64,000 bases of DNA from Gammaproteobacteria bacterium (GCA_965229565.1 OZ245888.1:848639-912638); one strand, 5' to 3'. Numbered from the stretch's first letter, positions 1-12,001 are shown. Numbers and translations: made by a program. Notes: generated by a model from the letters alone, not told the origin.

Positions 1-243
1 GTCTTGCGTGATAACCTCACGGCCATTGCACCTACCTTCAGCCAGATGCCTTACTTCATGTCCGAGGAGTATTCACTTGTAGATTGCTGCATGGCCCCGT
101 TGTTATGGCGCCTGTCCCGCTACGGTATCAAGCTACCCATGTCTGCCAAGCCGCTGCAGCAATATGCTGACAGGTTGTTTGAAAGATCATCCTTTAAACA
201 AAGCCTGTCGCCAGTAGAAAAAGAGTTCAACGAGACGGTTTAG
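1..243 (+). CDS. sspA: Stringent starvation protein A, C-terminal fragment (GST-like); the 5' end lies outside the window
   Basis: The C-terminal sequence ...LLWRLSRYGIKLP...PLQQYADRLFERSSFKQSLSP matches the SspA C-terminus. It sits immediately upstream of sspB as in the enteric sspAB operon. Confidence 0.8.
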   Translation, partial: VLRDNLTAIAPTFSQMPYFMSEEYSLVDCCMAPLLWRLSRYGIKLPMSAKPLQQYADRLFERSSFKQSLSPVEKEFNETV

Positions 244-259
244 TTTCCAGTACGGAACC

Positions 260-658
260 ATGACCTCGAACAAGCCATATCTTATACGTGCCCTGTATGA
301 CTGGATCGTCGATAATCATCTGACGCCCCATGTGCTGGTTGATGCGAGTGGTGAGGATCTAAGCGTACCCGCAGATTACGTCGAGGATGATCGCATCGTA
401 CTGAATCTTTCTCCTTCTGCCGTTCGCGATCTGGATTTGAGTAATGACTATATTAACTTCAAGGCCCGTTTTTCCGGTCAGAGCATGAATGTCTATTTTC
501 CAAGCAGTGCGGTGCTGGCTATTTATGCAAAGGAAAATGGCAGGGGTATGATATTCCCGGAGGAAGAGGAGATGGAGTCAGCGCCTGAAACAGAAGAAGC
601 ACCTGCAAAAAAGAAATCCACCAAAAAGAAAAAACCACACCTGAAAGTTATCAAGTAA
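260..658 (+). CDS. sspB: Stringent starvation protein B (ClpXP specificity-enhancing adaptor)
   Basis: The N-terminus MTSNKPYLIRALYDWIVDNHLTPHVLVDA is the conserved SspB substrate-binding domain. There is an acidic/Lys-rich C-terminal tail and conserved sspA-sspB adjacency. Confidence 0.85.
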   Translation: MTSNKPYLIRALYDWIVDNHLTPHVLVDASGEDLSVPADYVEDDRIVLNLSPSAVRDLDLSNDYINFKARFSGQSMNVYFPSSAVLAIYAKENGRGMIFPEEEEMESAPETEEAPAKKKSTKKKKPHLKVIK

Positions 659-667
659 CCTGTTTTA

Positions 668-3484
668 TTACTGGGCAATAACAAGTCTCAGTGCCTGCAT
701 TTCATAATTCGCGTTGTTGATCGCTTCCAGGCATGCATCAAGCTGGTCCTGCAGGAACTGCATTTCCTCATCGCGTATCGTCGGGTTTTTAGCCTTTAGC
801 TGTTTCATCCGTTCAATTTCTGCAGCCAGAATCGATTCAAGTTTCTGCTTTGCCTGCTGTTTTACTTCGGGAAGTTTTGATTCGGTAAAACGGGTCGCAA
901 AATCACACATGTCTTCTATTTCATGTTTGATCTGTTTAATGATGGCAACAGCGGTCTGGCGGTTTATTTTCATGCTTAGTTGATTAAGCTTTTCATGGCT
1001 CAATGCCTTGGCATAGTTTTTACGTTCCTTGCTGATAAGGGTACGAAACGGTGTTAAAGGCAAATATCGCTCGACTTGCAGATGCCTGGGGGCAACGGTT
1101 TTAATACTGGCAAAGGTCTCCAGCAGGATGGTGCCAGGTTCTATACCCTCCATTTCAATGGTGGTAACAAAGCTGTTGCCAATTTCACTGTTCATTACCA
1201 TGTCCATGGAATCGGCGACCATGGGGTGTTCCCAGCTTATGAAGGCAAAGTCCTCACGACTCAATGCCCGGTCGCGAGCAAACGTCACTGTCATGCTGTC
1301 ATCACCCAACCCGGGAAAATAACCGATACGCATGTGATCACTTGGATGCAGTATCCAGGTGTGGTCTGAATGTTCCTCATGATCAACACCGTAAGTATCG
1401 AACATGTTCTCCATGTAGTTCATCAAGGCGGCAGGGTTTTCCTGCTGTCGAATATTATCTATGACGCTCTCTGCTATATCCATGCGACAGGAGTTAATCT
1501 CGACCAGTCGATCCCGTCCTGCCTGCATCGCCTGCTTGACTGACCGGGTGTGATCCCGTGTTTGTTGCAACAGGTCGCTGATATCCTTACCCGGGTTAGC
1601 CAGGGCCTGTTCGATCTTCTGTTCGAATTTTTCATAAATTGAAAAACCGGCGGCGCAACTTTCATTAAATATTTCCAGCCCCTGGTCGTACCAGTGAAAC
1701 ATCACTTCCTGCGCCGTGCCCTGCAGGTAGGGGACGTGTATATGGATGGTCTCCGATTGGCCGATGCGATCCAGCCTGCCAATGCGTTGCTCCAGCAGAT
1801 CAGGATTCAATGGCAGGTCAAATAAAACAAGGTGGTGTGCAAACTGGAAATTCCTGCCTTCACTGCCAATCTCTGAACATACCAGTAGCTGTGCTCCGGT
1901 TTCATGATCGGCAAAATAGGCGGCAGCCCGATCGCGTTCTATGATGCTCAAGCCTTCATAAAAAGCGGTCGTACGAATTCCGACACGCAATTGCAGGTAT
2001 TTTTCCAGCGCGATAGCTGTTTGAGCATGGGCACAAATAACAAGTACCTTTTCATCACCAAGCTGCTTGAGCAGGTTGATCAAGTGTTCAACGCGTGGAT
2101 CCTGTTTCAACCAGGTTTCATCATGATCTGTGATTTCCGGAAACAGTGTTTCCTTCCCGGTCAGGTCTGCGTAGCAACCTGGCAGGGAAAGCGAAGTAGC
2201 AACCAGCTTGCGCTCGGGAAAACCCTTGATAGCCTCACGCGTATTACGCAGAAAGACTCGGCCGGTACCATGCAGATCCAGTAATTGTTCAACCAGCTTC
2301 TTACGTTCCGCTGGATTGATGCTGGTTGTCGGGACTGTTTCCTTGCCAAGATAGTCCCGCAACTGTTTGAGTACATCATCCGACAGAGTTTCATCATTAC
2401 TATCCAGCAGTTTGCCAACCAGGTTACTCAATGATTGATAATTCTGTTCTTCTTCCTTGAACGCGTCGAGATCATGGAAACGGGCCGGATCCAGTAGTCG
2501 CAGCCTTGCAAAATGGCTGGCAACGCCAACCTGTTCAGGCGTTGCCGTAAGAAGTAACAGTCCCCGGCTGCGTTGCGCCAGGGCCTCGATACAGCGGTAT
2601 TCATGACCCTGTTCGTCTTCACTCCAGTGTAGATGATGTGCCTCATCGACCACGACCATGTCCCAGTTCGCGTTTTTTGCATTGTTGAATAATACCGGAT
2701 CACTGGTCAGGTCGCCCAGGCTGCAGATGATGAGTTGCTCACTCTCGAACGGGTTGCCCTCGGCAAGTTCTTTCAAACCCTGTAATCGATCCTCGTTGAA
2801 GAGTGCAAAGTGCAGGTTAAAGCGTCGCAACATCTCGACCAGCCATTGGTGCGTTAGCGTGTCAGGTACAATGATCAGGATTCGGCTGGCCAGCCCGGTA
2901 TGGAGCTGGTAGTGAATGATCATTCCGGCCTCAATGGTTTTACCCAGTCCTACCTCGTCAGCCAGTAAAACCCTTGGTGCATAACGACGCGCAACCTCGT
3001 GGGCAATATAGGTCTGGTGAGGAAGCAGGCTGGTTCGGGAGCCAAGTAAACCCCTGACCGGAGATTGCTGTAACTGGTTTAAATGTAACAGAGTCGCGCA
3101 GCGTAACTGGTAGGCGCGAAGATTATCGAGTTGACCGCTTACGAGTCGTTGCCTGGGTGCTGTTAATTCGATCGAGCTGTTTAGATCCAGTTCATCAATA
3201 TCATGAGTGTCGCCCTTGTCATCACGTGAGCGATAGATAAGTCTGCCGTCTTCCTGCAGTACCTCGAGCACTTGCAGATAGGTATCGTGCGCCGTATGAA
3301 TACGGTCACCAGGTTTGTGCTCAATACGTGTCAGTGGTGCACTGTCAATGGCATAGATTCGTTGTTCATCCACAGCGGGGAATGCAATCTCGATCTTGCG
3401 ACCCTCGGTCGCGACGATAATGCCCAGGCCCAGGTTCGTTTCTGTATGACTTACCCAGCGCTGTCCGATTTTAAATTCTGACAT
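668..3484 (-). CDS. rapA: RNA polymerase-associated SWI2/SNF2 ATPase RapA (HepA)
   Basis: A 938-aa protein starting MSEFKIGQRWVSHTETNLGLGIIV, with the helicase motif LLADEVGLGKTIEAG, a DEAH box (VVVDEAHHL) and a helicase C domain. Length and motifs match RapA. Confidence 0.9.
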   Translation of the reverse strand: MSEFKIGQRWVSHTETNLGLGIIVATEGRKIEIAFPAVDEQRIYAIDSAPLTRIEHKPGDRIHTAHDTYLQVLEVLQEDGRLIYRSRDDKGDTHDIDELDLNSSIELTAPRQRLVSGQLDNLRAYQLRCATLLHLNQLQQSPVRGLLGSRTSLLPHQTYIAHEVARRYAPRVLLADEVGLGKTIEAGMIIHYQLHTGLASRILIIVPDTLTHQWLVEMLRRFNLHFALFNEDRLQGLKELAEGNPFESEQLIICSLGDLTSDPVLFNNAKNANWDMVVVDEAHHLHWSEDEQGHEYRCIEALAQRSRGLLLLTATPEQVGVASHFARLRLLDPARFHDLDAFKEEEQNYQSLSNLVGKLLDSNDETLSDDVLKQLRDYLGKETVPTTSINPAERKKLVEQLLDLHGTGRVFLRNTREAIKGFPERKLVATSLSLPGCYADLTGKETLFPEITDHDETWLKQDPRVEHLINLLKQLGDEKVLVICAHAQTAIALEKYLQLRVGIRTTAFYEGLSIIERDRAAAYFADHETGAQLLVCSEIGSEGRNFQFAHHLVLFDLPLNPDLLEQRIGRLDRIGQSETIHIHVPYLQGTAQEVMFHWYDQGLEIFNESCAAGFSIYEKFEQKIEQALANPGKDISDLLQQTRDHTRSVKQAMQAGRDRLVEINSCRMDIAESVIDNIRQQENPAALMNYMENMFDTYGVDHEEHSDHTWILHPSDHMRIGYFPGLGDDSMTVTFARDRALSREDFAFISWEHPMVADSMDMVMNSEIGNSFVTTIEMEGIEPGTILLETFASIKTVAPRHLQVERYLPLTPFRTLISKERKNYAKALSHEKLNQLSMKINRQTAVAIIKQIKHEIEDMCDFATRFTESKLPEVKQQAKQKLESILAAEIERMKQLKAKNPTIRDEEMQFLQDQLDACLEAINNANYEMQALRLVIAQ

Positions 3485-3569
3485 GGTCCAAAATCTGTTT
3501 TAAAACGCCGTGAAGTGTAACAAACCAATGACGTGCTTTATACTGCTGTAAAAAACTATTTGAATAATT

Positions 3570-4334
3570 ATGTCGCTTCTGGAAACCATTAACGAACTCG
3601 GAACGGAAAAAACCGAACTGCTTTACTCTGAAGAAGTAAACGGGGAGCAGTTAACGGTCAGGCAATACCAGAACTATCGCTGGCTGAGCGTGGGCGGCGA
3701 GATGATCCAGAGCCTTATGGATCTTGAACAGCCAGCACAGCTGTTGTTACCAAACCTCGTTGCGATGCTGGCCGTGCTGGAACTCGTTGATCGTCCTGTA
3801 ACCCTGCTAAACCTGGGGGCGGGTGGTGGTGCCATGGAGCGTTATTTCAGGCAGGTGCAGCCTGATATGGCAATCACCTCCATAGAATCAAATGAAAAAA
3901 TTATCAAGCTGGCCGAACGCTTTTTTGATATGAATCCTGAAGTGTTTATCTTGGACAGTGCTGAACACTTCCTGTCAGTTAGCGAGCAAAGTTACGACAT
4001 CATCCTGGTTGATATTTATTCCGATGAAAGACAGCCGGCATGTCTTTATGAACCTGGTTTTCACAAGTCGCTTGCTGCTGCGCTGAACATGGGAGGTGCC
4101 ATCGCGATGAACCTGTTACCACATACCGAGGAAGAACTCTTGCGCGTATTACGGCCGCTGAACGAGTATGTCAGTTGCCTGTTACTGTACATGGTCCCGA
4201 ATCATGACAACGTCATTGTTTATGCCCTTAAACAAGACAGCGTCGATCAGGAAGTGTTTGGTCGCAGGCTGGAAAAAATCAGCGAACAGGGCCTGGAGTT
4301 ACAGGTCATTGCCCAGGCACACCAATCCGGCTAG
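3570..4334 (+). CDS. Spermidine-synthase-like protein (class I SAM-dependent methyltransferase fold)
   Basis: Gly-rich SAM-binding loop [12 protein letters not shown] and an acidic ILVDIY motif. The 254-aa size matches the spermine/spermidine-synthase-like family. Function not assignable. Confidence 0.45.
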   Translation: MSLLETINELGTEKTELLYSEEVNGEQLTVRQYQNYRWLSVGGEMIQSLMDLEQPAQLLLPNLVAMLAVLELVDRPVTLLNLGAGGGAMERYFRQVQPDMAITSIESNEKIIKLAERFFDMNPEVFILDSAEHFLSVSEQSYDIILVDIYSDERQPACLYEPGFHKSLAAALNMGGAIAMNLLPHTEEELLRVLRPLNEYVSCLLLYMVPNHDNVIVYALKQDSVDQEVFGRRLEKISEQGLELQVIAQAHQSG

Positions 4335-6628
4335 AGGTAGGCGAGCAATACAATTTTTTCCGGTGCCAGGCAGCGTTCGTGGGTGCAGGCCTGTAGTGTG
4401 ATGCCCAACCTTATAAACGGTAACGAGGATTGTTGTCTTTCCTGCTCCTTTCTCTCCAGCTTTAACTGTGCCTTTATTCTTCCCGGGTACACACGGGCAG
4501 GTTCGTCCTGGTAGGCGACCTGTTGCTCAATCACGCCGGGTAAGTGTTTGCCAAGTACTAACCAGTCTTCAGGTACTTCTAGCTGAAATGGTACTGTCTC
4601 ATCATTGTCTGCGGCCTGGGCATTCAGATGCCAGGCATGATCGCTATCAACAGTAATCGTGATCGTAATGCAATCGTTCTCCGCTTCAGCATGCGCCTGT
4701 ATCATTAACTGCCCGTCGCAACACCATTGCTGGTTGTCCTGTTCACCGGCAAGTAGCTCCAGCAGCCCCCCCATCATGTAACTGCTGATATAGGGTCGCT
4801 GGGTAATGTCATCGGAAAAAGTACGTATCAATTGCCGGGCATACGTCTGGTATTTATGCTGTCCACAACGTCGCGACAAGCGACCGAGCAGTTTCAGGCC
4901 TACCGAGTTACCGGACGCAGTGGCATTGTCCTGTGTCTCTTTTGGTGAATATGGCAACAGGTTGTCGTTCCCCGGTTCAGCCATGAAGAATCCGCCGGCC
5001 TCCTGGTCCCAGAAATGTTTTAGCATTTGATCTGTTAGAGACATGGCCTGTTCAAGCCATGTTGACTCTCCGCTAGCATCGTACAATTCAACCAGCGCCT
5101 CACCAAGGTAGGCATAATCCTCTTGCAATGCCGGGATCGAGGCATAGTTATTCAGGCTGGAACGGCTGAGGCTGCCACTGCCCAGCCTGTTTGCTGCAAG
5201 TACGTATTTGGCAGCTCTTTTCGCTATCTCAACATAGTCCTTTCGATCCAGCTTGTTACCGGCCAATGCAAAGGTCTTGATCATCATGCCGTTCCATGCC
5301 GTGATGATCTTGTCATCTCGCAGTGGTGGGATCCGCGTATTACGTTCCTGCATCAGTTTTTGTTTGAACTTATTCAGCCGCTTCAGTAATTCTTCATAAT
5401 CCAGGTTACTATCACTGGCATACTGCGCCAGTGATTTTTGCAGATGCGGTATGTTTCTGCCCTCGAAGTTACCGCCGGCAGTAACCTGGTAGAGTTGTAT
5501 GAATTCAGTGGCGTCCGGACCGAGAAGCTTCTCTATTTCTTCCTGTTCCCAGGTGAAGAACAGGCCTTCTTCACCCTCGCTATCTGCATCGGTTGCCGAA
5601 TAGAATCCACCCTCCGGGTTGGTCATTTCTCTCGCTACATAATCCAGTGTTTCTTCGGCGATGCGCCTGAAGTCCTTTTCACCGGTCAATAACCAGGCCT
5701 CGGTATAGACACAGGCCAGGTTGGCCTGGTTGTAAAGCATTTTTTCGAAATGTGGTACCAGCCAGTTCTGATCGGTAGCGTATCGGTGAAACCCGCCGCC
5801 GACATGATCGTAAATACCACCACACGCCATGATGTGTAGTGTTTGTGTAAGCGTTGACTGAATAAACCTGTCTTCGCGCAGCTTGATATAGTCGAGCAGG
5901 AAATAGAGATAGGGTTCGTTTGGGAATTTCGGTGCCTGGCCAAAACCACCGTGCTTTGGATCCTGGTGATTCATTAGCGCTTGTGCAGTCAGGTCAATGA
6001 CGTTGATACCAATCTCGTTGAGTGATTGCTTGGCCGCCATTGCGCCCGCAACCTGCTGGCTGAAATTATAGGCCTGTTCTAACAGATCGTTGCGCTGGTT
6101 TTGCCAGAGTTCGTTGACCCGGTGCATCAGCGTGACAAATTGACCGGGCCGAAAGTAGGTAGCACCAAAAAACGGTTTCCTCTCGGGGGTGAGAAAACTG
6201 CTCATCGGCCAGCCGCCCTGGCCCTGCATCATCATTACCGCTGTCATGTAATATGTATCGACATCAGGATGCAGTTCGCGATCCACTTTTATACAAATAA
6301 AGTAATCGTTCATCACCTGCGCCACGTCCTCGTTGTCGAAGCTTTCCTCTTCCATGACGTGACACCAGTGACAGGTTGAATAACCGATGGAAAGAAATAC
6401 CGGTTTGTTTTGCCTGTGCGCCTCGTTGAATGCCTCTTCCCCCCATGGAAACCAGTCCACCGGGTTGTGAGCATGTTGTAACAGGTAGGGTGAGTCTTCC
6501 AGTATCAGGCGATTGATAAAGCGTGGTTGACCTGAATCATCAAGGTAACGTGTACGCGGCCTGTAATTATTGCCTTTATTCCGGTAAGCCGTTAATAATT
6601 GTTCTGTCAGTGAAGCGGAGTATTGCAA
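4331..6628 (-). CDS. Thioredoxin-domain protein of the DUF255 (YyaL/SSP411-like) family, with a C-terminal extension
   Basis: The N-terminal motif [20 protein letters not shown] is the hallmark thioredoxin-like CxxC of DUF255, followed by a six-hairpin-glycosidase-like region. 765 aa is longer than typical family members. Confidence 0.75.
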   Translation of the reverse strand: MQYSASLTEQLLTAYRNKGNNYRPRTRYLDDSGQPRFINRLILEDSPYLLQHAHNPVDWFPWGEEAFNEAHRQNKPVFLSIGYSTCHWCHVMEEESFDNEDVAQVMNDYFICIKVDRELHPDVDTYYMTAVMMMQGQGGWPMSSFLTPERKPFFGATYFRPGQFVTLMHRVNELWQNQRNDLLEQAYNFSQQVAGAMAAKQSLNEIGINVIDLTAQALMNHQDPKHGGFGQAPKFPNEPYLYFLLDYIKLREDRFIQSTLTQTLHIMACGGIYDHVGGGFHRYATDQNWLVPHFEKMLYNQANLACVYTEAWLLTGEKDFRRIAEETLDYVAREMTNPEGGFYSATDADSEGEEGLFFTWEQEEIEKLLGPDATEFIQLYQVTAGGNFEGRNIPHLQKSLAQYASDSNLDYEELLKRLNKFKQKLMQERNTRIPPLRDDKIITAWNGMMIKTFALAGNKLDRKDYVEIAKRAAKYVLAANRLGSGSLSRSSLNNYASIPALQEDYAYLGEALVELYDASGESTWLEQAMSLTDQMLKHFWDQEAGGFFMAEPGNDNLLPYSPKETQDNATASGNSVGLKLLGRLSRRCGQHKYQTYARQLIRTFSDDITQRPYISSYMMGGLLELLAGEQDNQQWCCDGQLMIQAHAEAENDCITITITVDSDHAWHLNAQAADNDETVPFQLEVPEDWLVLGKHLPGVIEQQVAYQDEPARVYPGRIKAQLKLERKEQERQQSSLPFIRLGITLQACTHERCLAPEKIVLLAYL

Positions 6629-6700
6629 AATAGAAACCCTGATCTGGTTACAGGAACACCACTTTAACGTTTATGGACAGGAGATAACACCACCGGAAAT

Positions 6701-7201
6701 ATGGTTGAAATCATACAGGGCGATATTACGCGACTACATGTTGATGCCGTGGTTAATGCTGCCAATAGTTCGTTACAACGCGGGGGTGGTGTCGATGGGG
6801 CCATCCATCATGCTGCAGGTCCGCAACTACAGGCCTACAACGACATGCTGGGTGGCTGCGGTGTGGGTGCCGCAAAACTGGCACCCGGTTTCGGTTTGCC
6901 GGCCAGGTATATTATCCATACGGTGGGGCCGGTGTGGCAGGGAGGCGAGCACGGTGAGGCAGAATTACTGGCGTCCTGTTACCGAAAATCACTACTCCTG
7001 GCTGCCAGTAATGGTGTTAAGCAGATTGCCTTTCCCGCTATCAGTACCGGTATCTTTGGCTATCCACTGGAGGCAGCCGCAAGGATTGCACTGACAGTCA
7101 TGCTTGAGTACGAAACAAAGTTTGAAAAGATCTTTGCCTGCTGTTTCAGCCGTTCCGATAGCGACGTTTATGAAAAAGTATTGCGTGAACTACGACAATG
7201 A
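6701..7201 (+). CDS. ymdB: Macro-domain protein, O-acetyl-ADP-ribose deacetylase (YmdB-like)
   Basis: MVEIIQGDITRLHVDAVVNAANSSLQRGGGVDGAIHHAAG is a canonical macro-domain N-terminus. The protein is 166 aa. Confidence 0.8.
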   Translation: MVEIIQGDITRLHVDAVVNAANSSLQRGGGVDGAIHHAAGPQLQAYNDMLGGCGVGAAKLAPGFGLPARYIIHTVGPVWQGGEHGEAELLASCYRKSLLLAASNGVKQIAFPAISTGIFGYPLEAAARIALTVMLEYETKFEKIFACCFSRSDSDVYEKVLRELRQ

Positions 7202-7783
7202 TCAGTCAATATACTGGAATAGCTTGACAACTTTCTGTACGCCACCGGTCTGCCTGGCAATATCGGTAGCGACTTCTGCCTCGCGCTTGGATACCAGCCC
7301 CATCAGGTAGACCACACCTTTTTCAGTGACTACCTTGACCGCCAGGCCACTCAGTTCCTGGTTGGATAACATCTTTGTTTTTACCTTGCTGGTAATAATG
7401 GAATCGCTACTGCGTGACGTCATTGAGCTGGGTGCTGCAATCGTCAGTTCATTGTAGATGTGGGTAACTTTTTCCAGCGACTTGATGATATCGACCGTGC
7501 GTTGACGCATTGCCTCGGTAGGAGTTTCCCCGGTTAATAATACCACCGTGTTATAACTGGTTACGTTGATATGAGCCTGGTCATTGAGTTCGGCATCCTC
7601 TTTTATTTGCTTGTACGCCTTTAATTCAATCGACTGGTCTTCAATCTGTGTGCCGGTAGTACGTCGATCAATGATTGTGCTTGCCGCCACGGCGCCACCG
7701 CCTACCAGGGCTGCGGCACAACCAGACAGGGCCGGTAGTAAACATATCAATAATACTGTTGTATAAACCTTATTTAACTTCAT
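7202..7783 (-). CDS. dolP: Dual-BON-domain outer-membrane lipoprotein DolP (YraP)
   Basis: Lipoprotein signal peptide with lipobox LSGC and two BON-domain repeats. 193 aa. It lies downstream of diaA, as yraP does in E. coli. Confidence 0.75.
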   Translation of the reverse strand: MKLNKVYTTVLLICLLPALSGCAAALVGGGAVAASTIIDRRTTGTQIEDQSIELKAYKQIKEDAELNDQAHINVTSYNTVVLLTGETPTEAMRQRTVDIIKSLEKVTHIYNELTIAAPSSMTSRSSDSIITSKVKTKMLSNQELSGLAVKVVTEKGVVYLMGLVSKREAEVATDIARQTGGVQKVVKLFQYID

Positions 7784-7798
7784 ATACGTTTCCTTTAA

Positions 7799-8790
<992 letters not shown>

Positions 8791-8807
8791 CCTTGAGCTG
8801 CATTAAG

Positions 8808-10643
8808 CTAGTTCGATAACACGGGCTGACCATTGATAAAACGGGCGCGGCGTAACTTTCGTTTGATAATATTATCTGTAGCAAGTTGAAGGTCACCAGT
8901 TTCACCGCTAAGCACAGCATCCTGTTCAACGCGCAGGCGATTAAGTTCCGGGATCAGTCGGTAGGCATCAATGCCCAGAGCATACAACCGGCGAAAGTTC
9001 GAACGGTCCTGTGCCCAGTTGCGGTTGAGTGAATCCTGTATCAATGAAAGCTGACGCCGCGTATCCAGTATCCATGGCATGTCGACAAAGATTACATCGT
9101 TCATGTCACTGTCACGCGTGCGATCATAAATTCCGGTGAAGATATGTGAAGTGGAATAAATCGGTACGTCGCCAGCATGATAAAATCGCACCTGCGGTAG
9201 TAACTGACGGGCGTCTCCCGGAAGTGCCGCGGTAAATATAAAATCCGCATCCTGTCGACGACGCTCCCTGGAGTCAATGCGCAGGTTAAGCTTGCCGCGC
9301 AACTGCGCGATGCGTGCTTCACTGCTATCGACATTCAAGACTTCTTTTACCGGAGTGGCATAGTCTTTCAGATCACTTGAGAAATGGACCTGTTCCAGTA
9401 CCGCTCCACCAATTTCTACCCAGCGCTGGGTAAAGCTCTCTGCAATACGCCTGCCCCAGTTATTATCAGGTGTTACTACCAGCGCCAGGGTGTGACCATC
9501 AGAAAGTGCAACCTCGGCAACCTGCCTGGCTTCTTCTTCCGGGGCCAGTCCGAACTGTATGAGTTTATCATTGCCCTGTTCTGAAACATTATCAGCACGA
9601 TTCAGTGCCAGTACCGGGACGGCCAGGCTTTCCTGCTCCAGCAATGTTTTTACTGCCTCTTTCTCCAGCGGACCGACGACATATTCAACGCCATCAGACA
9701 CGGCCTGTTGATACACTTCCATGATATTGAGTGAGTTAGCATCATATATGCTGACGTTTGATTCTCCCTGGCCCTGTTTATCAAAATACCAGGCCGCAAG
9801 AAAACCATCCCGGATTGCAGTTGCGGCTTTTTTAAACTGGTTACTTAATGGCAGTAACAAACCTATATTTGCCGGTCGCTGTACATACTGCTCAGTCTTC
9901 CGTTGCAGGTCTGGCACGATAGCAGTTAATGCCGGATGTCCCGGGTAGCGCTGCACCCAGCTATCTATGGCAAAGTTGAATTTTTTCGGATCAAAGCGAT
10001 AGGTACGATACAGCGAGGCAAGGTCCACCCAGCCGCGTAATGCATCCGGTGCAGTCTGTGGCAATGTTTCCAGCTCTTCATCAGTCAGGGTTTGAAAACT
10101 GTTCCATAGTGACTGGTAGTTTTGTTGTTGCTGTGTATTGGTACTGGCAAATTCCCGGGCGGTCAGGCGTTCCTGTGCCGACGCCATGAAATTGTTCTGC
10201 GCCAGGTAGGCACGGGCAAGAATGTCATGATAGGCAAAACGCAGCCCGGTTGGGACTGCATCAGGATTCAGAGCTTGTAACTGCTGCATGGCTTTCTCTG
10301 GCTGGCCAAATTCCAGGTCCAGTCGCGCGCTGAGTATAGTGCGACGACTGTTTTGTACTACGTCATCTTCATCAACACCGGTTTCTTTCAGGACCATGAA
10401 GGCGCGATCATAATTGCCGGCCTCGATGAAGGCGGTCGTTGCCTTCAGGCGGTAGGTACCGGCATTGCCCTCGTCCTTGCCTGCCAGTAGCAGGTATTCT
10501 TCCGCCGCAGCCAGGTAATCACCACGGAGCATGAATTGCCTTGCTGCAAGTTCCGGGTCTTCCTGTGGCTCCTGTGTCTCACGTACCTGACCACAGGCCG
10601 TCAACAGTGAAAATGAAATCAGGATTAGAATTAAAAATCGCAT
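8808..10643 (-). CDS. lpoA: Penicillin-binding protein activator LpoA (outer-membrane lipoprotein, TPR + periplasmic binding-like domains)
   Basis: The ORF-track start at 10742 was trimmed to the Met preceding the lipoprotein signal MRFLILILISFSLLTACGQ; the ATG at 10641-10643 was read on the minus strand. It is divergent from rsmI, as E. coli yraM is from yraL. Confidence 0.75.
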   Translation of the reverse strand: MRFLILILISFSLLTACGQVRETQEPQEDPELAARQFMLRGDYLAAAEEYLLLAGKDEGNAGTYRLKATTAFIEAGNYDRAFMVLKETGVDEDDVVQNSRRTILSARLDLEFGQPEKAMQQLQALNPDAVPTGLRFAYHDILARAYLAQNNFMASAQERLTAREFASTNTQQQQNYQSLWNSFQTLTDEELETLPQTAPDALRGWVDLASLYRTYRFDPKKFNFAIDSWVQRYPGHPALTAIVPDLQRKTEQYVQRPANIGLLLPLSNQFKKAATAIRDGFLAAWYFDKQGQGESNVSIYDANSLNIMEVYQQAVSDGVEYVVGPLEKEAVKTLLEQESLAVPVLALNRADNVSEQGNDKLIQFGLAPEEEARQVAEVALSDGHTLALVVTPDNNWGRRIAESFTQRWVEIGGAVLEQVHFSSDLKDYATPVKEVLNVDSSEARIAQLRGKLNLRIDSRERRRQDADFIFTAALPGDARQLLPQVRFYHAGDVPIYSTSHIFTGIYDRTRDSDMNDVIFVDMPWILDTRRQLSLIQDSLNRNWAQDRSNFRRLYALGIDAYRLIPELNRLRVEQDAVLSGETGDLQLATDNIIKRKLRRARFINGQPVLSN

Positions 10644-10708
10644 GGGTATATTGTACATTGCACTGCTATTTACGACAGTACTTATACATTTACGTTCAGG
10701 ATATCGCT

Positions 10709-11557
10709 TTGAACCCGACCTTATATATAGTTGCGACTCCAATCGGCAACCTTGGCGATATCAGCCAGCGTGCCATCGAAGTCCTTAAAGCAGTGGACCT
10801 GATCGCAGCCGAGGATACCCGCCACAGTAAAACACTGTTGCAATCTTTTTCGATAACAACACCTGTACGTGCCTATCATGAGCATAACGAGGATGAGACC
10901 ACGGCCAGGCTGATCGAGCAACTTGTGGCGGGGCAATCGATCGCCCTGATCTCGGATGCCGGTACACCATTAATCAATGACCCGGGATATAAACTGGTTG
11001 CAGCAGCACTGGAAAAACGGATTGCCGTCGTGCCTGTGCCGGGTCCCTCGGCGATTATCGCGGCCCTGTCTGTTGCGGGCTTGCCCACACATCGTTTTGC
11101 CTTCGAGGGGTATCTGCCGGCAAAAACCACAGCGCGCAAAAAGCTATTGCAGAGTCTGATAAATGAAACCCGTACACTGGTTTTTTATGAAACGCCCCAT
11201 CGTATACGCGATGCACTGGAGGATATGCAGTCGATATTCGGCGCACAGCGCAGGGTCAGTGTTGCCCGCGAACTGACCAAGCAGTTCGAACAAGTGGTCC
11301 TTGCCCCGGTTACCAACATCATCGCCGATCTTGCCGATGGTTCCATAACCAGCAAGGGTGAATTCGTTGTCGTCGTTGAGGGTGCGGCAGACAGCCCGGC
11401 CGATGACGAAGAGGTAAAGCGTGTGCATGAAATCCTTGCCACGAAACTCAGTAGCAAGGATGCCGTACTGCTAACGACGAAGATTACCGGGCGTAACAGG
11501 AACGACGTCTACAAGCTGGCCCTGGAAGCGACGGATAGAACAGCTGTGGATAAGTGA
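10709..11557 (+). CDS. rsmI: 16S rRNA (cytidine1402-2'-O)-methyltransferase RsmI
   Basis: The tetrapyrrole-methylase-like core LYIVATPIGNLGDISQRAIEVL matches the E. coli RsmI N-terminus. The ORF-track start at 10541 overlaps lpoA, so the start was reset to the in-frame TTG at 10709 just before LNPTLYIV. The start codon is uncertain. Confidence 0.8.
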   Translation: MNPTLYIVATPIGNLGDISQRAIEVLKAVDLIAAEDTRHSKTLLQSFSITTPVRAYHEHNEDETTARLIEQLVAGQSIALISDAGTPLINDPGYKLVAAALEKRIAVVPVPGPSAIIAALSVAGLPTHRFAFEGYLPAKTTARKKLLQSLINETRTLVFYETPHRIRDALEDMQSIFGAQRRVSVARELTKQFEQVVLAPVTNIIADLADGSITSKGEFVVVVEGAADSPADDEEVKRVHEILATKLSSKDAVLLTTKITGRNRNDVYKLALEATDRTAVDK

Positions 11558-11671
11558 TTAATAAGCCGCTTATAGTTTTGCTGGCCAGGTTATTCATGAC
11601 AAATAGAGTTAAGTAAGCCATATTTTGGTCGCTATATGATCATAGTGATCACTTTAAAATTCTTGAACGCG

Positions 11672-12001
11672 ATGAAGTCAACACGCAAATATTTAATATT
11701 GCTGTTATTCCTGCCGCTGGTCAGCAAGGCCGATGTCAACCGTGTATTCATTACCGGTATTGACCTCCTTGACTATTGCCAGCAGAGCAGTAATTTTTGT
11801 TTCGGCTATGTGACGGCCGTGGTGGATGACACCAGCATGATTTACGGTGAAGGTGCCAGTTTCTGTTTGCCCGCCGATATCAATGCCGAGCAGTTGCAGC
11901 AGGTTGTAATCGAGTACATGGAAAATCGGCCGCAGCAGTTACATTTGCCCGGCCCCGACATTGTGAACCTCGCACTGACCACTGCCTATTCCTGTCCCTA
12001 G
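11672..12001 (+). CDS. Small secreted cysteine-containing protein of unknown function
   Basis: The start was chosen at MKSTRKYLILLLFLPLVSKA (signal peptide, predicted cleavage after SKA); the ORF track began 12 codons upstream. The mature protein is ~90 aa with 4 Cys. No family recognised. Confidence 0.5.
   Translation: MKSTRKYLILLLFLPLVSKADVNRVFITGIDLLDYCQQSSNFCFGYVTAVVDDTSMIYGEGASFCLPADINAEQLQQVVIEYMENRPQQLHLPGPDIVNLALTTAYSCP

Noticed and set aside
714-3481. Multiple 60-130 aa ORFs antisense to or out of frame within rapA (e.g. 714-983, 1029-1322, 1904-2284, 2161-2418)
   Set aside because: They are fully embedded in a well-supported 938-aa RapA gene and have no recognisable motifs. They are typical shadow ORFs.
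10541-10742. Overlapping extended starts of lpoA (to 10742, minus) and rsmI (from 10541, plus)
   Set aside because: Both extensions are upstream read-through to the first in-frame start after a stop. The true LpoA start is the Met before the lipoprotein signal (ATG at 10641-10643). RsmI most plausibly starts at the TTG at 10709 next to the conserved LYIVATPIGN. The extensions would make the two divergent genes overlap by 200 bp.
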